Positions 37,800 to 52,000 of a DNA stretch of 64,000 nucleotides are shown here, in pieces; the first letter of the stretch is position 1, and every line of letters begins with the position of its first letter. The position numbers were made by a program, and so were the translations under genes. The stretch is from NCBI GenBank assembly GCA_051294375.1, contig CM119267.1, forward strand, positions 20,027,476-20,091,475, in the 5' to 3' direction. The notes under the pieces are model-generated. The model did no database searches. It had not been told where the DNA came from and was given only the letters and a program-made list of their open reading frames with translations. This stretch comes from Paraspadella gotoi. Taxonomy: Eukaryota > Animalia > Chaetognatha.

Positions 37800-38910
37800 T
37801 CAGTTGACAGTATTTATGAGTTCGTCTGTTGCCGTCATCGGTTTCACCGTCGTTATTCGTCTTCGTGGGCGTTTTCGGCTTCATCTTTTTCGTCGTCGTC
37901 TTTCGCCGCTCGTTTCCGTCCTCTTTTATCGTCGTCCGTTGGTGCTTCCTCTTGTCAATCGTCCGTTGTTCCGTCTGTGTGCTTGGGTTCTTTTTCGTTG
38001 TCGAGTTTTTGTCTTACCTCTTCGTCGTCGTTTCGTATCTTCTTTGTCTTTTTTCGTTATGTCGGTTTTGGTCTTCCTCTTTCGTCCATATTCACTGTAT
38101 TTCTTATGTTATTGTTTTGTCGTTTTTCGTCAATATAATCACAATCACAATGTCAACTGATTAACTTATTAATCTGTAACTTTGGGTGGAATCTGTGTTG
38201 CAGCGTCGGAGAGAAAAGTAGAGAGAGTAGAAAGGAGGAGAGAGAAAGAGAGAGAAATCAACAGTCAACTAAATCCCCAGGCTGGCCGTGCTTAAAATTT
38301 GAAGGACTCATCTTTTTCTCTCTCTTTTCTTTCTCTCTCTCTTTTTTGCTGTCCGTACTCTTTGTTGTCTCTTTACTTTCGTCATATTTTTTGTCATGGT
38401 CTTCGCCTTCATTTTTCGCATCGTCGTTTTCGCCTTCGTTTTTTGTCGTCCTCTTCGTCGTTGTCGTTCGTCGGTGGTCTTTGCTGTCGTTTTCAATCGA
38501 ATCGTCTTTGAGTTGTGCGTTTTCGTCCCGTCGTTGTATGTCGTCTTCTTCGTTGTCGTTTTCGGGAGTTTTTCGTTATTTGTCAATCGTTATTGTTGTC
38601 GTCGTCTTTTGATGTTTTTGTTGTCGTCTTCGTCGTTTGTGTTTCATCGTTGTTGTTATTGTGTCATCTTCGTCGTTGTCGTCTTTACAATCGTTGTTGT
38701 CATCAGTCTGTTGTTGCTTTCATCAGTCGTTTTTGTTTGTTGTTGTCGTGCGTTTGTAGTCATTTTCAGTCGAGACGTATTCGGATTCGTGTTTTTTGTT
38801 TTGTTTAGGTCCATATTTTTCGTCTTCGCCCGTCGTTTCGTCATCTCTATTCCTCTATTCTATTGGTTTTTAGTCTTTTTCGTTATGTTCCGTTGGTCGT
38901 CAATTGGTTC
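37800..38910. repeat. Low-complexity (GTC/GTT/TTC)-rich tract, strongly T-skewed
   Basis: A-depleted plus strand with degenerate trinucleotide motifs. The long ORFs here are a compositional by-product. Confidence 0.8.
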
Positions 38911-39215
38911 TGAAGATTTCCAAAGAATTAATTTTTATGGTAAAGTTGGAAAACAAAAAAGAAATTTTCTATACATTCTTTCAACGTAAAAAAAAGAAAA
39001 TCGAAACTTTGGAAAAGATTGATGCGCGTGACAGAGGACAAAAATAAGGCGAGCTAGACAACAAGATATGCGAATTTTTTGACCACTTCGCCATTGGACT
39101 AGAGAAGAGAAGGACTTACTTTTTGGAATAGGGGTGAGATTGAAGGACCAAAACGTTATGAATATCAGCGCTTTTACTCGCCACCCGCCTGACCCCCTCG
39201 ATCACTGCGGTTCCC

Positions 39216-41130
39216 TTAAACTTCTCGCGCGTCTATTTTTTTAAAGAAAGAGAAGTAAGCTTCGCGAGATGTGTGTGAACAGTTTGGGCAAAGAAGGGGA
39301 CAACGAATGACTTGAGAGAAGACGCTAAACAATAAACGAATCTCTGCTTTTCCGGCGTTGCCATGGGATTTCCGCCTCAGACGCGAAACGACGCCGCTAC
39401 GTGAAGGAGTTGAGAGGAGGCGGTCCGGCGGTCGACGCTGTCGCTGATAGGGACGAGAGAAGATGGCTCGACGGCCGTCAAGGGATTGACTACAAGAAGC
39501 AGAGGTGAAGGTGGATGGTTGGATCAGCAGTATAAACATCAACATCAATAATTTCAAAAATTCCAATCGTTGCCGATCTAATGTAATAGATGATGATGAG
39601 GGGTGAATCTGAGCAGAAAGCAGAAATTGATCATTGGCGACCGTACTACTTCTATGGAAAAAAAGTATTATCACATGTCTTTTTAGTAAAAGGATATCAG
39701 TACTCAAAAAACGTAATTTGATTATAAAAAAAATAAAATGGTAAATTACAATTAAATGTTTTTTTGGAGATAGCTTCATTGCCATTTTTCGGTAGGTCAA
39801 ATGAGTATTAAACTGTTACAAAAAAAAGTGGTGACTGTTTAAATAAAAAATGGCGGCAAAAAAAATTATATTTAATTTCCAGTATCTTTAGTATTTACTT
39901 AATTTGTTTTTTATTTAAATATATTGTAATTATTTTTAGAAAATTTTGTTTTTGTTAAATTTAACAATGCTAAGGCATTGCACACTTTTTTTTGGTTTTC
40001 GCAAAACAAAAGGGAAAGATACGTAACATTTAAAATATCAAAAGAATTGCGGTTTACGAGATGTTATAAAAAAATATTTTACTATCTTATTACTTCAGTT
40101 CGCTGTAAGAGAGTATGCCGCAGACGAATGAAAGCAGCTAAATCCAATGCGCTGAGGGAAAGGCCCATTACCAAATATTGAGAATATTTTGTCTTATATT
40201 TTATTATATTTTTTATTGAATAAATGAAAATGTTCAAACATATTAATGTTGATATACTTTTTTTCCTAGATGAGTACAACAACTACAGTTCTGCCTTTTG
40301 CAGCCGTAAAGCTAATTTGAAAATCGAAAGCATCTTGCGCATCTTAAAATGGAGTAGTCAGAACGACGTAAAACATGATGATCAATTAAATAAGTTCAGG
40401 CAACGAGGCAGTTAAAGATGTAATTTCAAGCTGCTTGCTTTTCCCCCCCATTTAGGGACGCTTTGTAGAAAGTTCGGTGCTACAGAATCAAGTGCCCCTA
40501 CTCGACTCTCCGACAAAGATGAACCTGCTGAAAAATGGTGAGGTCGATTCGCTGAATAAATTCAATCGTATCAATCATTCATTCATTCATTCGTTGAATT
40601 AATATATCTTCTATACGATGCCAATCAATGATTATCGAATTATTAAAATGCGCGTTTAATCAAACATTTCAGGGTATAGTCACACCAATCAATGCAAGTC
40701 ATTCCATTCATTCATGTGCGTTGAATTATATAATCATGCGATCCATCAATGATTCAATTATTAAATCTCCGTTGAATCAGAACAGTTCAGTAAGTCTCCG
40801 AATCTATTGATCTATTCCCGCGCCAGATCCGCGAGGATCGTATCCTGCTCGGATGGCACATCCAACCGTCTTCGGAGTTGATGGGCTCCCTATCATCAAG
40901 ATGGCGACTCCATTGGAAGCCTGCGTCGCATAGCGGAACGCCCTCTGGGGTAAATTATGTTTATTTAATAAAAATTGGAATTTATTCACTTGTTCAAATG
41001 TATGTATGAATTTAGCGAATATTTCTCTTCTCTCTCTTTCTCTCTTCCTCTCTCTCACGTCCTCCTGGATCCCCTGTTTCCTATTCATCCGTCTCTCATC
41101 TCTCTCTCTCTGCTCTCTCTCTGCGTCTCT
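39216..41130 (+). repeat. Inverted duplicate of 43050-44835 (includes the whirlin-like 5' exons)
   Basis: End-to-end reverse-complement similarity with dense single-base indels. Confidence 0.9.
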
Positions 41131-41258
41131 CTCTTTAGAAATATTCGCTAAATTCATACATACATTTGAACAAGTGAATAAATTCCAATTTTTATTAAAT
41201 AAACATAATTTACCCCCAGAGGGCGTTCCGCTATGCGACGCAGGCAAAAGAGAGAGAT

Positions 41259-43060
41259 GGCGATGACGACGCGTTCTTTCGAACGCCGTTCCATCGGCGC
41301 CGCCTAGAGTCGATGAGCCGCGCGTGATGGAGACTCCGGCCGACGGATTGCCTCGTTGGCCTCGAGTATACTCGTCGACCGCGTCGAAGGCGCGTTGAGG
41401 TCGGACACAGGCTTCCTCTGTCAACGTCCTTTCCTTGGAAAGTGGCGTAGAAAAAAAAAGGGGGCGGGGGGCGGGGGTGGTGACTTGTACACCCAGGAAC
41501 GGATCGAGGCAATTAAACTCGAAAATTCACATACCGGTTCTGATTTGCAATGGTTTTAATGTATTTAATAAATACATAATATCAATGTATAATATTTGGA
41601 AAGATAACTATATATATAACTGTAAAAAAAGCAAAAATATTACTAACTGTTGACCAGTTACATGAAATGCCAATGACTTTCTTAATTGCTTAAATTTAAC
41701 GTATAAGCCTGAGATATCCAGGCGCGGTATCTCAACAACTAGTGTAGGGGCTGCGACCCCTACAAGTACCTCCTCTATGTCACTGGCTATGTTTACGAAC
41801 CGGCTCCGTCACATTTTAAGCCCAAATCACGGGATACCACACTATTACCCCCAGGGATTACCCAGGGATTGAACCCGGGACGACACGGTTGCAAACGAGA
41901 TGCACATTAGCCTTTGAGACGAGGCTGAGGAACAGGACAGCAGTTGAGTCCAGCTTTCAAGTCCTTCCTGCCACAGCTATCTTAAAAATTCGTTCCATGA
42001 TTCTAGTCGCCACAATTTCTCATTGTTTTCGATCCTCACCTTGACAAAGATCCCGATCCCGAATCCCCATCTTCTAGTCGCCAATTTCCTCATTGTTTTC
42101 GATCCTCACCTGACAAAGATCCTGCCGATCCCGATCTCCGATCTCTAGTCGCCAATTTCCTCATTGTTTTTTTGATCCTCACCTATGACAAGATCCCCGA
42201 TCCCGTGCTCCACGCCCCCAGCGGACAGTAAACCCCATCTCTCCTTCCGCCGTCCGGCGGCAAACGAACACCACCTTCAACTCCGTTCCGCTCGACCGCC
42301 GATGTCGCGGACGCAGCGAAGCAGCCGTGGGCGTCGTCGCCGCCGACGTAGACTTCCCAAGTCGCTCGGTCGAAATGTTCGTCGGGCGTTTTCGGAATGA
42401 AATCCGTTTGAGAATTGGCGTGGGATCCCGTCAAAAGATGCGTTTCGACTGGAAGTAGATCGTTACATTCCATTGATCTTCATCATCATCATCATTCATC
42501 CATTCATCATCACATCATTCATATCATATCATCATCGACTTCAAGGCGCCGTTGACGCATAGATTTTGGCAGCGGCTATCCGTTTTATTGGGCGCCGTCA
42601 GCTTTGGGTCCTCGGCGCCGGCGTCTGGGACGTGCGAAGCCATGACGCGGAGTTGGTAACCGCAGACGCTGGAATCTCTTCCTGCTGCTGCTAGATGGAC
42701 CCAATAGGCGGGATTATTGGGGCAACTGTAGATGCGAGAGAAATGTAAGCGGCAGGTACGGAATGGATAAGTCTTTCTTTCCCTCACACTTCACCAGATT
42801 AGGCCCTGGCACCTGGAATCATTTTATCAACAACCTGACCCATATTGTAATAAGTAACATTAACGGGGTACTTGGGGTAAAACAGTAAGAACGTGTATTT
42901 CACAAATCAAACAGAAGCAACAGAAGTAGAGAAAAGTGAAAGCAGAGAGAGAGCACGCTTTTGGGTTAATGCTCTCAGGGAAAACGGATCATGTTCGAAA
43001 AAAAAATTAGGTGCAATGGGTGGGGTTACAAAAGAGAAGAAGTAAAGGCAAGAGAGAGAG
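41259..43060 (+). repeat. Indel-riddled direct duplicate of 32897-34577
   Basis: Colinear with the first copy. Differences are mostly 1-nt insertions. Confidence 0.92.
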
Positions 43061-43229
43061 AAAGAGAGAGAGAGAAGAGAGACAGAGAGAGAGAGATGAG
43101 AGACGGATGATGGACAGACAGGAGAGTAGAGAGAGAAATGAGAGGAGAGAAGAGAGGATAGGAATATTCGCTAAATTCATACATACATTTGAACAAGTGA
43201 ATAAATTAATTTTTATTAAAAAACATAAT

Positions 43230-44705
43230 TACCCCCAGAGGGCGTTTCCGCTATGCGACGCAGGCTTCCAATGGAGTCCGCCATTCTTGATGATAGGGAG
43301 CCCATCACGTCGAAGACGTTGATGTGCCATCGGAAGCTAGGAACGATCCTCGCGGATCTGGCGGCGGGAATGAATCAATAGATTCGGAGACTTACTGAAC
43401 TGTTCNNNNNNNNNNNNNNNNNNNNNNNNNTGATTAACGGATTTAATAATTGAATCATTGATGGATCGATGGATTATATAATTCAACGAATGAATGAATG
43501 AATGATTGATTGATTGGTTGACTTACTGAATGTTTGATTAACGGATTTAATAATTGAATCATTGATGGATCGATAGATTATATAATTCAACGAATGAATG
43601 AATGAATGATTGATCGATTGATTTATTCAGCGAATCGACCTCACCTTTTTCAGCAGGTTCATTTTGTCGGGAGAGTCGAGTAGGGCACTGATTCTGTAGA
43701 CGAACTTCTCCACGTCCCTAATGGGGGGAAAAGCAAGCAGCTTGAAATAATCTTTAACTGCCTCGTTGCCTGAACCTATTTAATTGATCATCTGTTTACT
43801 GTTCTGACTACTCATTTAAGATGAAGATGCTTTCGATTTTCAAATAGCTTTACGGCTGAAAGGCAGAACTGTAGTTGTGTACTATCTAGGAAAAAAAGTA
43901 TATCACATAATTGTTGAAATTTCATTTATTCAATAAAAAATATATAAAATATAAGAAAAATATTCTCAATATTTGGTATGCCTTCCCTCAGCATTGATTA
44001 CTGCTTTCATTCGTCTGGGCATACTCTCGTACAGCGAACTGAAGTATAATAGTAAAATATTTTTTTACATCTCTAACGCAATTCTTTTGATATTTTAATG
44101 TTACGTGTCTTTCCCTTTTTTTTGAACCAAAAAAAGGTGCAATGCCTTTAGCATTGTTAAATTAAAAAAAAATTTTAAAAATAATTAAATATATTTAAAA
44201 TAAAAACAAATAAGTAAATACTAAAGATAATGGAAAATTAAATATAATTTTTTTTGCCATTTTTTATTTAAAGTAGCGATCTTTTTTTGCCTGTAACGTT
44301 TAAACAATTTGACCTACGAAAAAATGGAATGAAGCTATTAAAAAAAAATTTAATGTAAATTTAAAAACATTTTATTTTTTTTATAATCAAATACGTTTTT
44401 GAGTAGATATCCTTTACTAAAAATGTGATATACTTTTTTCCTAGATAGTAGTACGCGCCAATGATCAATTTCTGTTCTGCTCAGATTACCCCTCATCTAT
44501 CATTTACATAGATCGGCACGATTTTGAAATTATTGATGTTGATGTTTCAACTGCTGATCCCAACTCATCCCCTTCACCTGCTCTTGTAGTAATCCTTGAC
44601 GGCGTCGAGCATCTTCTCTCGTCCCTTCAGCGACAGCGTCGACGCCGCCGCCTCCTCCAACTCCTTCACGTAGCGGCGTCGTTTCGCGTCGAGGCGGAAA
44701 TCCAT
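43230..44705 (-). CDS. 5' exons of the whirlin/PDZD7-like gene encoding a harmonin-N-like (HHD) domain
   Basis: Exon 44705-44578 MDFRLDAKRRRYVKELEEAAASTLSLKGREKMLDAVKDYYKSR, exon ~43717-43645 DVEKFVYRISALLDSPDKMNLLKK (compare whirlin VLLDSP), and a frameshifted third exon at ~43357-43230. They lie directly upstream of the duplicated PDZ1 exon. Confidence 0.75.
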
Positions 44706-44839
44706 GGCACGCCGGAAAGAGAGATTCGTTTGTTAGCTCTTCTCTCAAGTCATCGTTGTCCCCTTTTTGCCCAACTGTTCACACATTCGCGAAGCTTACT
44801 TTCTTTTTTTAAAAAATAGACGCGCGAGAGTTTAAGTCG

Positions 44840-47800
44840 GGGCCTCTTGATTTCGAATAATTAAAGATATAATATAATTAATATCAACTATAATAAGAAA
44901 AAGCAGGATGTTTAAAAAGTTTTTGGCGGAATATTCACACCGCCTTCACGTCCATTTCGTTCAGCCAGTCCCATTGGGCCATTGGCTCAAAAAGGGGAAC
45001 GCACCATCCCTGGCGCTTGAGTTCCATCCCTCAGTCCTAACGACTATCCCTCTTGCGTTGGCAAAGCGAACCCGTCCTTAGGGTAACCGCGTCATTGGAC
45101 CGAAGGTCACGGATGTTCGTTGAAGCTCCCAAAGCCAAAACAGTGAATGCCCAATCCAATGGGCATTAAGGCGTAGTGAAAGTTACATACGAAAAATTCT
45201 AAAAGTTAATTAATAAACAACATTACCATCAGTAAACATTAATTTCGTAAAAAAAAATTAATTTTATGTTTTTTAATTTCGCAGTAGCTTATTTATATTA
45301 TAGTACTATCCTTATAAAATCGAAAAATTTCAAATAAGCTTTTCTTAATTTTGATTGCAGATTTGAATTCCTCGTCAAAAGTGATAAAGAAATATAATCA
45401 TTTTTAAAAAAAATTCTTTCATTTAAGTGGGTTAAAATTAAAAAAACTATATTTATTATAAAAAGTTAATTTTCAGCTTAAAATATAGCTTTTTAAATTT
45501 TTGACCCACTTAATGAAGGAATTTTTTTCAAAAAGAGTTATATTTTCTTTTTATCCACTTTTATGACCCAAATCCAATCTGCAAAAAAATCTTTAAAAAA
45601 CTGTTTTGAATTTTAAACATTTATTGGTTTAGTACTAGTATAAATATGGCCTACTGTGTAAATTGAAAAAATTATATAAATTTTTTATTTACATAAATGT
45701 TCAATTAGCTATAAGTTGTTTCATTTCACTCCCTTTTAGAATTTTAATTAAAGTTTAAATTAGAATTTTTACTTACGCCTTAATGAGGCATCAACATCTT
45801 GCCTTCATCTCACCAATGTATTAACGTAGGAGAATCCTTGCAAAGCTTTCAATATGACTCTCTCACCGTTCTAGTTTATTATCTACCAACTTATTGTGTA
45901 ATGTTTTTAAGGGGACTGTTTCCCAATTGTTATAAAAACCACTTTACCTTTAATATGGTGTAGAACCGTAAGATACGATTTATGCACGTTCAAGCAACCG
46001 CTTTGTTTTTATTAATATGTTTCCCAATTTTCGTTGGCTCCGCATCATTCGATCACCAAAGGGGTGTTGACCCACTACCCGTTGGACTCGATGTACCGCA
46101 CCATTTCTGCGCGAAGTTTCATTTAATAAAAAACACAGTTTTCATCTTTGCCGGTCGTTCCTATTTCATTTCCCTTTAGTATCATCAAATTATTAATTAT
46201 TATTATTATACGGATCCATTCCCCGTCTTGTCGTATTCTTAGTTCACCGTTCATCGTAACTCAATCATTTCATTCATCATTCGTTGATCATTCGTTCATA
46301 GTTTCACGTAAATCAATCATTCATTCATCATCGTTGATCATTCGTTCATATTCATCGGCGGCAAAGATCCAAGGATTTCGACGAAAATTTAATTCGATGA
46401 CGAACGTTAGGAAAAAATATCGACCGATTAAGTTCGGACTGTGAACCAACACAACACAACAACAACAACAACAAACACAAACAACAACAACAACAACAAA
46501 CAAACAACAACAACCCCACAACAACAACAACAGACAAACAACAACAACAACAAACAACAACCTTTGACTCTGAGATAAAAGAAAAAAGTCAAAGAAAAAA
46601 GAAGACGGTATAACATAAGAAACTATTGATGATGACTAATCATTAAATGTCTCGCTGAAGACTGATATAAGGTTACGATGAACCCGATGATGATGGGGAT
46701 CTTTGAGACGAAAACGACGAAGATTGTTGATAAAAAAAAGAAAAACTCAGGAGGTGACAACTGCTTCGTGAACGGAGGATGTCAGAACGATCCTTGCTTT
46801 TTAATTTCATTTCGCGTAATTATCGTTTTGTTTAAAAAAAAAAAAAAACCGGATGCTATTCTTTTCTTAAAATTCGTTGCAATGAAATAATTTGCATCCT
46901 GATAGTTTAACGGAATAGTTTATTTAACAATATGTATGATTTTCGAAAGCGATCTATAAAAAGACAGCAAGCGGGGAAAAACCGGTTTCAAACATTTTAT
47001 CGCTCTCGAAGACGCAAGGCGACCTACAAACGCTCGCCCATCGTTTTCCAAGGTCGCGACAGACGATGGCGCAGATTCTAACGGTTTGGACGTTCCAGAC
47101 GACCGAGGTTAGAAGAGAGGAAGAGGAAGCGAAACAGGAAGGCGGGGCGAAATGAAATTGAGACGGCTTTTATGAATATTTCGTTTCCGCCTCGGAGTTT
47201 TTAATTTTTGCGTTAGAATAAAAAGAAGACAAAGTCCTTGAGAAAAAAAAAGAGGTATCTGTCGGACGTGATTTTCTGTTATTTTAAAACGGCGGATCCA
47301 GACGGAAGTTGGGAGGTTAAGGGAAAAATCGCGGGACCTTCGATTATTATATCCGGAAAAAAGTTGTCGTGGAATCTTTTTTTTTTTTAGACAAAAAAAA
47401 TAACTGCATTCTAGTTTTGTACTAAAAGCGGTTTGTTATAAAAGCTTAAATATTTTAATTCAACGAATTTTAGTTTATCTTAACAGAGAATAAAAATTCA
47501 TTATTATTTTTTTTCTCCAGACAAAACGAGGAAAGAGACAATCCGACACGTCTACAGGCTTAAAACCCTGAATTTAGTTACCGTGTGCCACTTGTGGCAT
47601 CGAATTGCGCAAATTTTTTTAAGCGCGAAACAGTTTAAGAATTTAATCCCTTTCTATGTAAAGTAAATATATATTTATATAACAAATTATTTTCGTCGAT
47701 TAAAACTTAGTAGTATTTTTAATTTGATTAAAAAAAGTTACATAGTTTCTTCAATAATTTAATGCCATTTGTTTTCTTATTTCACACGTTGAGGGGAACG

Positions 47801-48985
47801 CCGGAGCGGACCTCGCGACACGGAAAAAAATACAGCTTAAAATTAAGCCATGCGAGGAGGGGCCCGACGCGGGCCCGGGCCTAAATCGCGGGACGCGATT
47901 ATTTGCTATAATCTCCCGGAATCTTTAATTTTTGAATTGGTTTTAAATTCGAGACTATTTTTTTTTCGTTGCGATCGCGAGGGAGATTTTTTCGTGGAGA
48001 AAATAAATTTTATTTCGGTTTTCGGTGAGACGAAGAGTGACTCCTTGAATGTTACCGAGAATAAACCGACAAAGGTGATCAATACAATATTATTAAAAAT
48101 TTTTTGTGAGTATCGTTGGATTACCTACCGGATTTGGAATTAGATATTAGATCAGATCGAATGTTGAATATAAGTGACAAGATGCTGACTGAGGAAACGG
48201 AGGCGAGGGTGAACATGTTCAGCTGAACATGTCAGCTGTAAAGAGTGGTTTGGGCTGACAAGGAATTTGGGTTGGGAATCAAGGAATAAACTTTGTGAAC
48301 CATGCGCGTTCGCCATAGAAATCAAACATGTTTAATCAACAGTGAGGGACGAGAACGTTATTTAGTTCAAGAGCTGTACTTAGTTGCAGATTTTATTTAC
48401 AAACAATTTACTGTCAGAAAGTTCGAGAACTTGCTATGAAGAAAGAGCAATGAAAACGAATCATTATGGAGAGTGAATCAATGCCTCCACAAAAAAGGAG
48501 AATTAAAAAAATCATCCAAAAACAATTAAAAACCATTAAAAAAATGATATTGATACCGTTAGGTACTTTTGAAGGCAGGCAGGCAGTATCCAAAAGTAGT
48601 TTAAACAAAATCAGAATTTTAGCGAGAGTTATCTAACAGTTGCTTCTCTACAGCAAATTTTAAACGAAGAGAAATAGCTAAAGGTTAAAATCGATTTTTT
48701 TTCCCGTGAAAATGGTTGCCGCTTAGTTAATTACGAGTTTGGCCGTTCGGGTTAAAACTCTATGGTGCATCGGCGATTCATTGAAGCTTTCGCCGCATTT
48801 TTCGCAAGCGTTTTTTTTTTCTGACAGAAGGCCAGGAACAAGACAAAAACAATCATTGCTTTTGACTTTTTAAAAAAATTATATAAAAATTACAACAATA
48901 CGAGAAGAGAATTTTTTTTCGATGGGAGAATCACTAGCATTCTCGTAAGCAATTATGACCAAAAGAGAGAAAAAAGGAAGGAAAG

Positions 48986-49027
<42 letters not shown>

Positions 49028-52000
49028 TGAGAGAGGAAGAAGAGAGAGAGAGAGAGAGAGGAGAAAGAGAGAGCAGAGAGAAACACTTAAGACCCTCTCA
49101 TTCGAGTAACCTGACGATTAGTCGGTCGAGCGAAGGGGAAAATTCAAAATTAACACGAGTCTACACTTTTACACCTTAGAACTAATAAAAGGAAGTTTAA
49201 AAACGTAAGTATCAATGTTTCCGAAAATTCGCGGCAGGACAAGAATAAAAAAGTGATCGAAAGAGATTTTTGTTTTAGGTTAAACCTTCCTTCGCGGTTT
49301 GGATTTAACTCAGCGATCTCCGTGAATATGGGGACGAATCTTGTTCGAATTTTATTTTCTTTGTCGTTTTTTTTTTCTTTTCTTTTTTTAACAAAAAAAT
49401 AAAAGAAAAGAATAAGAACATAAAAAAAAAAAAAGAAAAAAAAAACCAGAACGGAACCAAACGAAAGCATTCATAAACGACAACTCCTCGTGCGAAAGGT
49501 GTTTCATTATCAACGGGCGCACCGCTCCCTTTGTTTGTTCGGATGCTTTCCAATTAAATTGCACTGGCTTCTTCGTGAGAATTTTAGAGTTTAAAAGCCG
49601 TTTTCATATGAAAAAAAAAAAAAAAATTCTTTAATAATTTTCTTTCCCCATCTCCTAAAAGGTGACAGGCGACCTGTTGTTTCTTTCAACCATGGATCAC
49701 AATTTTAATTGCCGAAGCCAGAATGCAATAAAAAATATTACGCATTTAATCGAATAATTCTTTTTCACCTCCGTAAATTCGCGAAAATTCTTGACGGAAG
49801 CATCTTAAGCCGGCGTTACTCGTATTAAGGCGTTTTTTTAAAAAATTCCGAATCTCGCCCCTTTCAGACAACATCCGGTACGCATACGCCGTAGTACGCA
49901 TACAGCGCATACGTAAATCTCTATCGGCGCCGGTGGATTGCTGAGCAAAGTTTAACTTTTTGTTTGCTATTAGTTTATTACTTCAATTCGAAATCTGGAC
50001 TCCGTTCTATTTTTGGAAGACGTTCTATCTATCGTACTGGCCAATTTACTTTAAAAAAAAACGATTTACATATTACGGATATTTCTTCCTCTCAGGCGGG
50101 AAGGGACATAAAGAAAAAAACCTTCGAAAACCTGTTCGGAATCCCGAGCCCTTCGCTATTGATTGAGAAAGAGAGGCATTTATTTTAACTTCAAAGGCGA
50201 CAGATTGTTAATCAAAGACAGTAAGGTTGATCAAACTTTTTATTACAAAATGATTATTGTTATCATTGAAATGTAAGAGAACAACATTTTTTTTCGTGAG
50301 TGTGGCGGTTAAAGATGACAACTGTGTTTGCAAAATTTTAAAACATCACTGGTCGTCGTTTCACATCTCTCTTCGGGTTTTGAATCTCTCTCTGTTCATT
50401 TGTTTTCTTCATTCGGTTTCTCTAATTTAAGTTTTCACCGGGCAGAGGATTTGCGTTGTTGTAAGCTTTCCGTATTGAGGTTGAGCCGCCTGAAGATTGA
50501 GTCGATGATTCCAGACTTTGTTCGTACGAACGATAAAATTCGCATTCCCACCTTAAAATCAAGGGGAAATCCGGGCTGATTTTTAAAAAAACACTACGAC
50601 TACGACTACGGACGATAACTACGACCGCAACCCAAACGACCTTCAGCTCCCGATTCCCGACGCGGCGCCCGTCGGCGTAAATTTGAGCCAATCGAAACTT
50701 TCCGGTTGAAGTTTGTTGTCTTTTTTCCCCTGCAAGGACGGAAATGCCCAAACGCGAATGACCCCTTTCTAGGAAACTTCGACGTTGTCGTCGTCGTCGT
50801 TCGTCCGTCGACGTCGCCCCGTCTCGTCGTTATCTCAACGTCGTCGGCACAGGCGCGCCCCATCGTCGTTTGCGTCGTCCTCCGTCGTCGTCGTTTCTTT
50901 ATCGTTGACGAGTTGGCGCCGTTTGCTTCGTTTCCCTTTTTCGCGTTTCTCGTCGCCGCTTTCCCTGCTTGTCCGCCAGCGGAGCCAGGAAGGACTTTTT
51001 CGGCGCCATTTTCCCGCGCCAGTAAGCGGACGACGTCGAAGGGGCGACCGCCGACGGACATCGGGCGGCGCGGAGTCGTTGCCACGCGGACGGCGCCGGC
51101 GACGCCGTGATGTAGGCGGCCGGATGTGACGGCGGACGTTTTCGGCGCCGGAAGAAGAGGTAGAGGAGGAGGCCGGAAGGAGGAAGAGGGGTGGGGGAGG
51201 CGCGGGGATTGGACGCGATGGGGGAAGGCGTTGGAGTGGATGTCGATCAGGATGGGGTGAAGAGGTGGGTCGGCGATTGGGAGAAGCTGTCATGGGGCTG
51301 CGGGGGTGGTTTGGGAGGGGGCCGAGGGTCAGGTCGGTCGGATCGGGGAAGGGACCGGGGATCGGCGGGAGTTTGGGTGACGCCGCTGGGTGGATCGAGA
51401 TGTTGAGAATAATCGGGGATGGCGTCGGGGACGGCGCCCGAAAGAAGGGCGCGCCTCCGGCGACGCACGTGAGACGGCGACGGCGGATGGGGAATTTGTG
51501 ACACGGCGTCATTGATCCGCGTTGAGGATTTATCGCGATGCAAGTTCTGACGCTAACATGAAAAATTTTTAATCATTTCAACCAATTATTGAAGGAATAT
51601 TATTTTGATAAATTCATGAAAGACTAAACAAATTACCAAGCTCGATTGGTCATATTTATTGATTAATTCACTTGAATGGCTTTTATCTCGTTTTGAACAT
51701 GCCCAAATCCGCTGAGGCTTTTGAAAAAAAATATATGTCGAATTTGTTTCCTATCAGTTTACAGCAGTTTGAGATTCTCACATAGGCGATTTTTAAAGAT
51801 TTGTTTATTTAAAGTGTCGATAATGTTATCAACATTTATCTAAGACTGTTGAAATACCTCAGATCAACGGGCGGACGAGTCCTCTGCACGGGATGTAGTT
51901 CCAAGTCCCTCGTCGACGAACCCGTCCCAACTCTTTCTGTCGCGTCTTCCTTCAAGCATCGCTCTGCTTCGCGTTGTGACTCCGTAATCTTCCTCGCAGG

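Noticed and set aside
37698-38989. Long hydrophobic F/V/S-rich ORFs
   Set aside because: A-poor low-complexity DNA lacks stop codons by composition, and overlapping ORFs occur in all frames.
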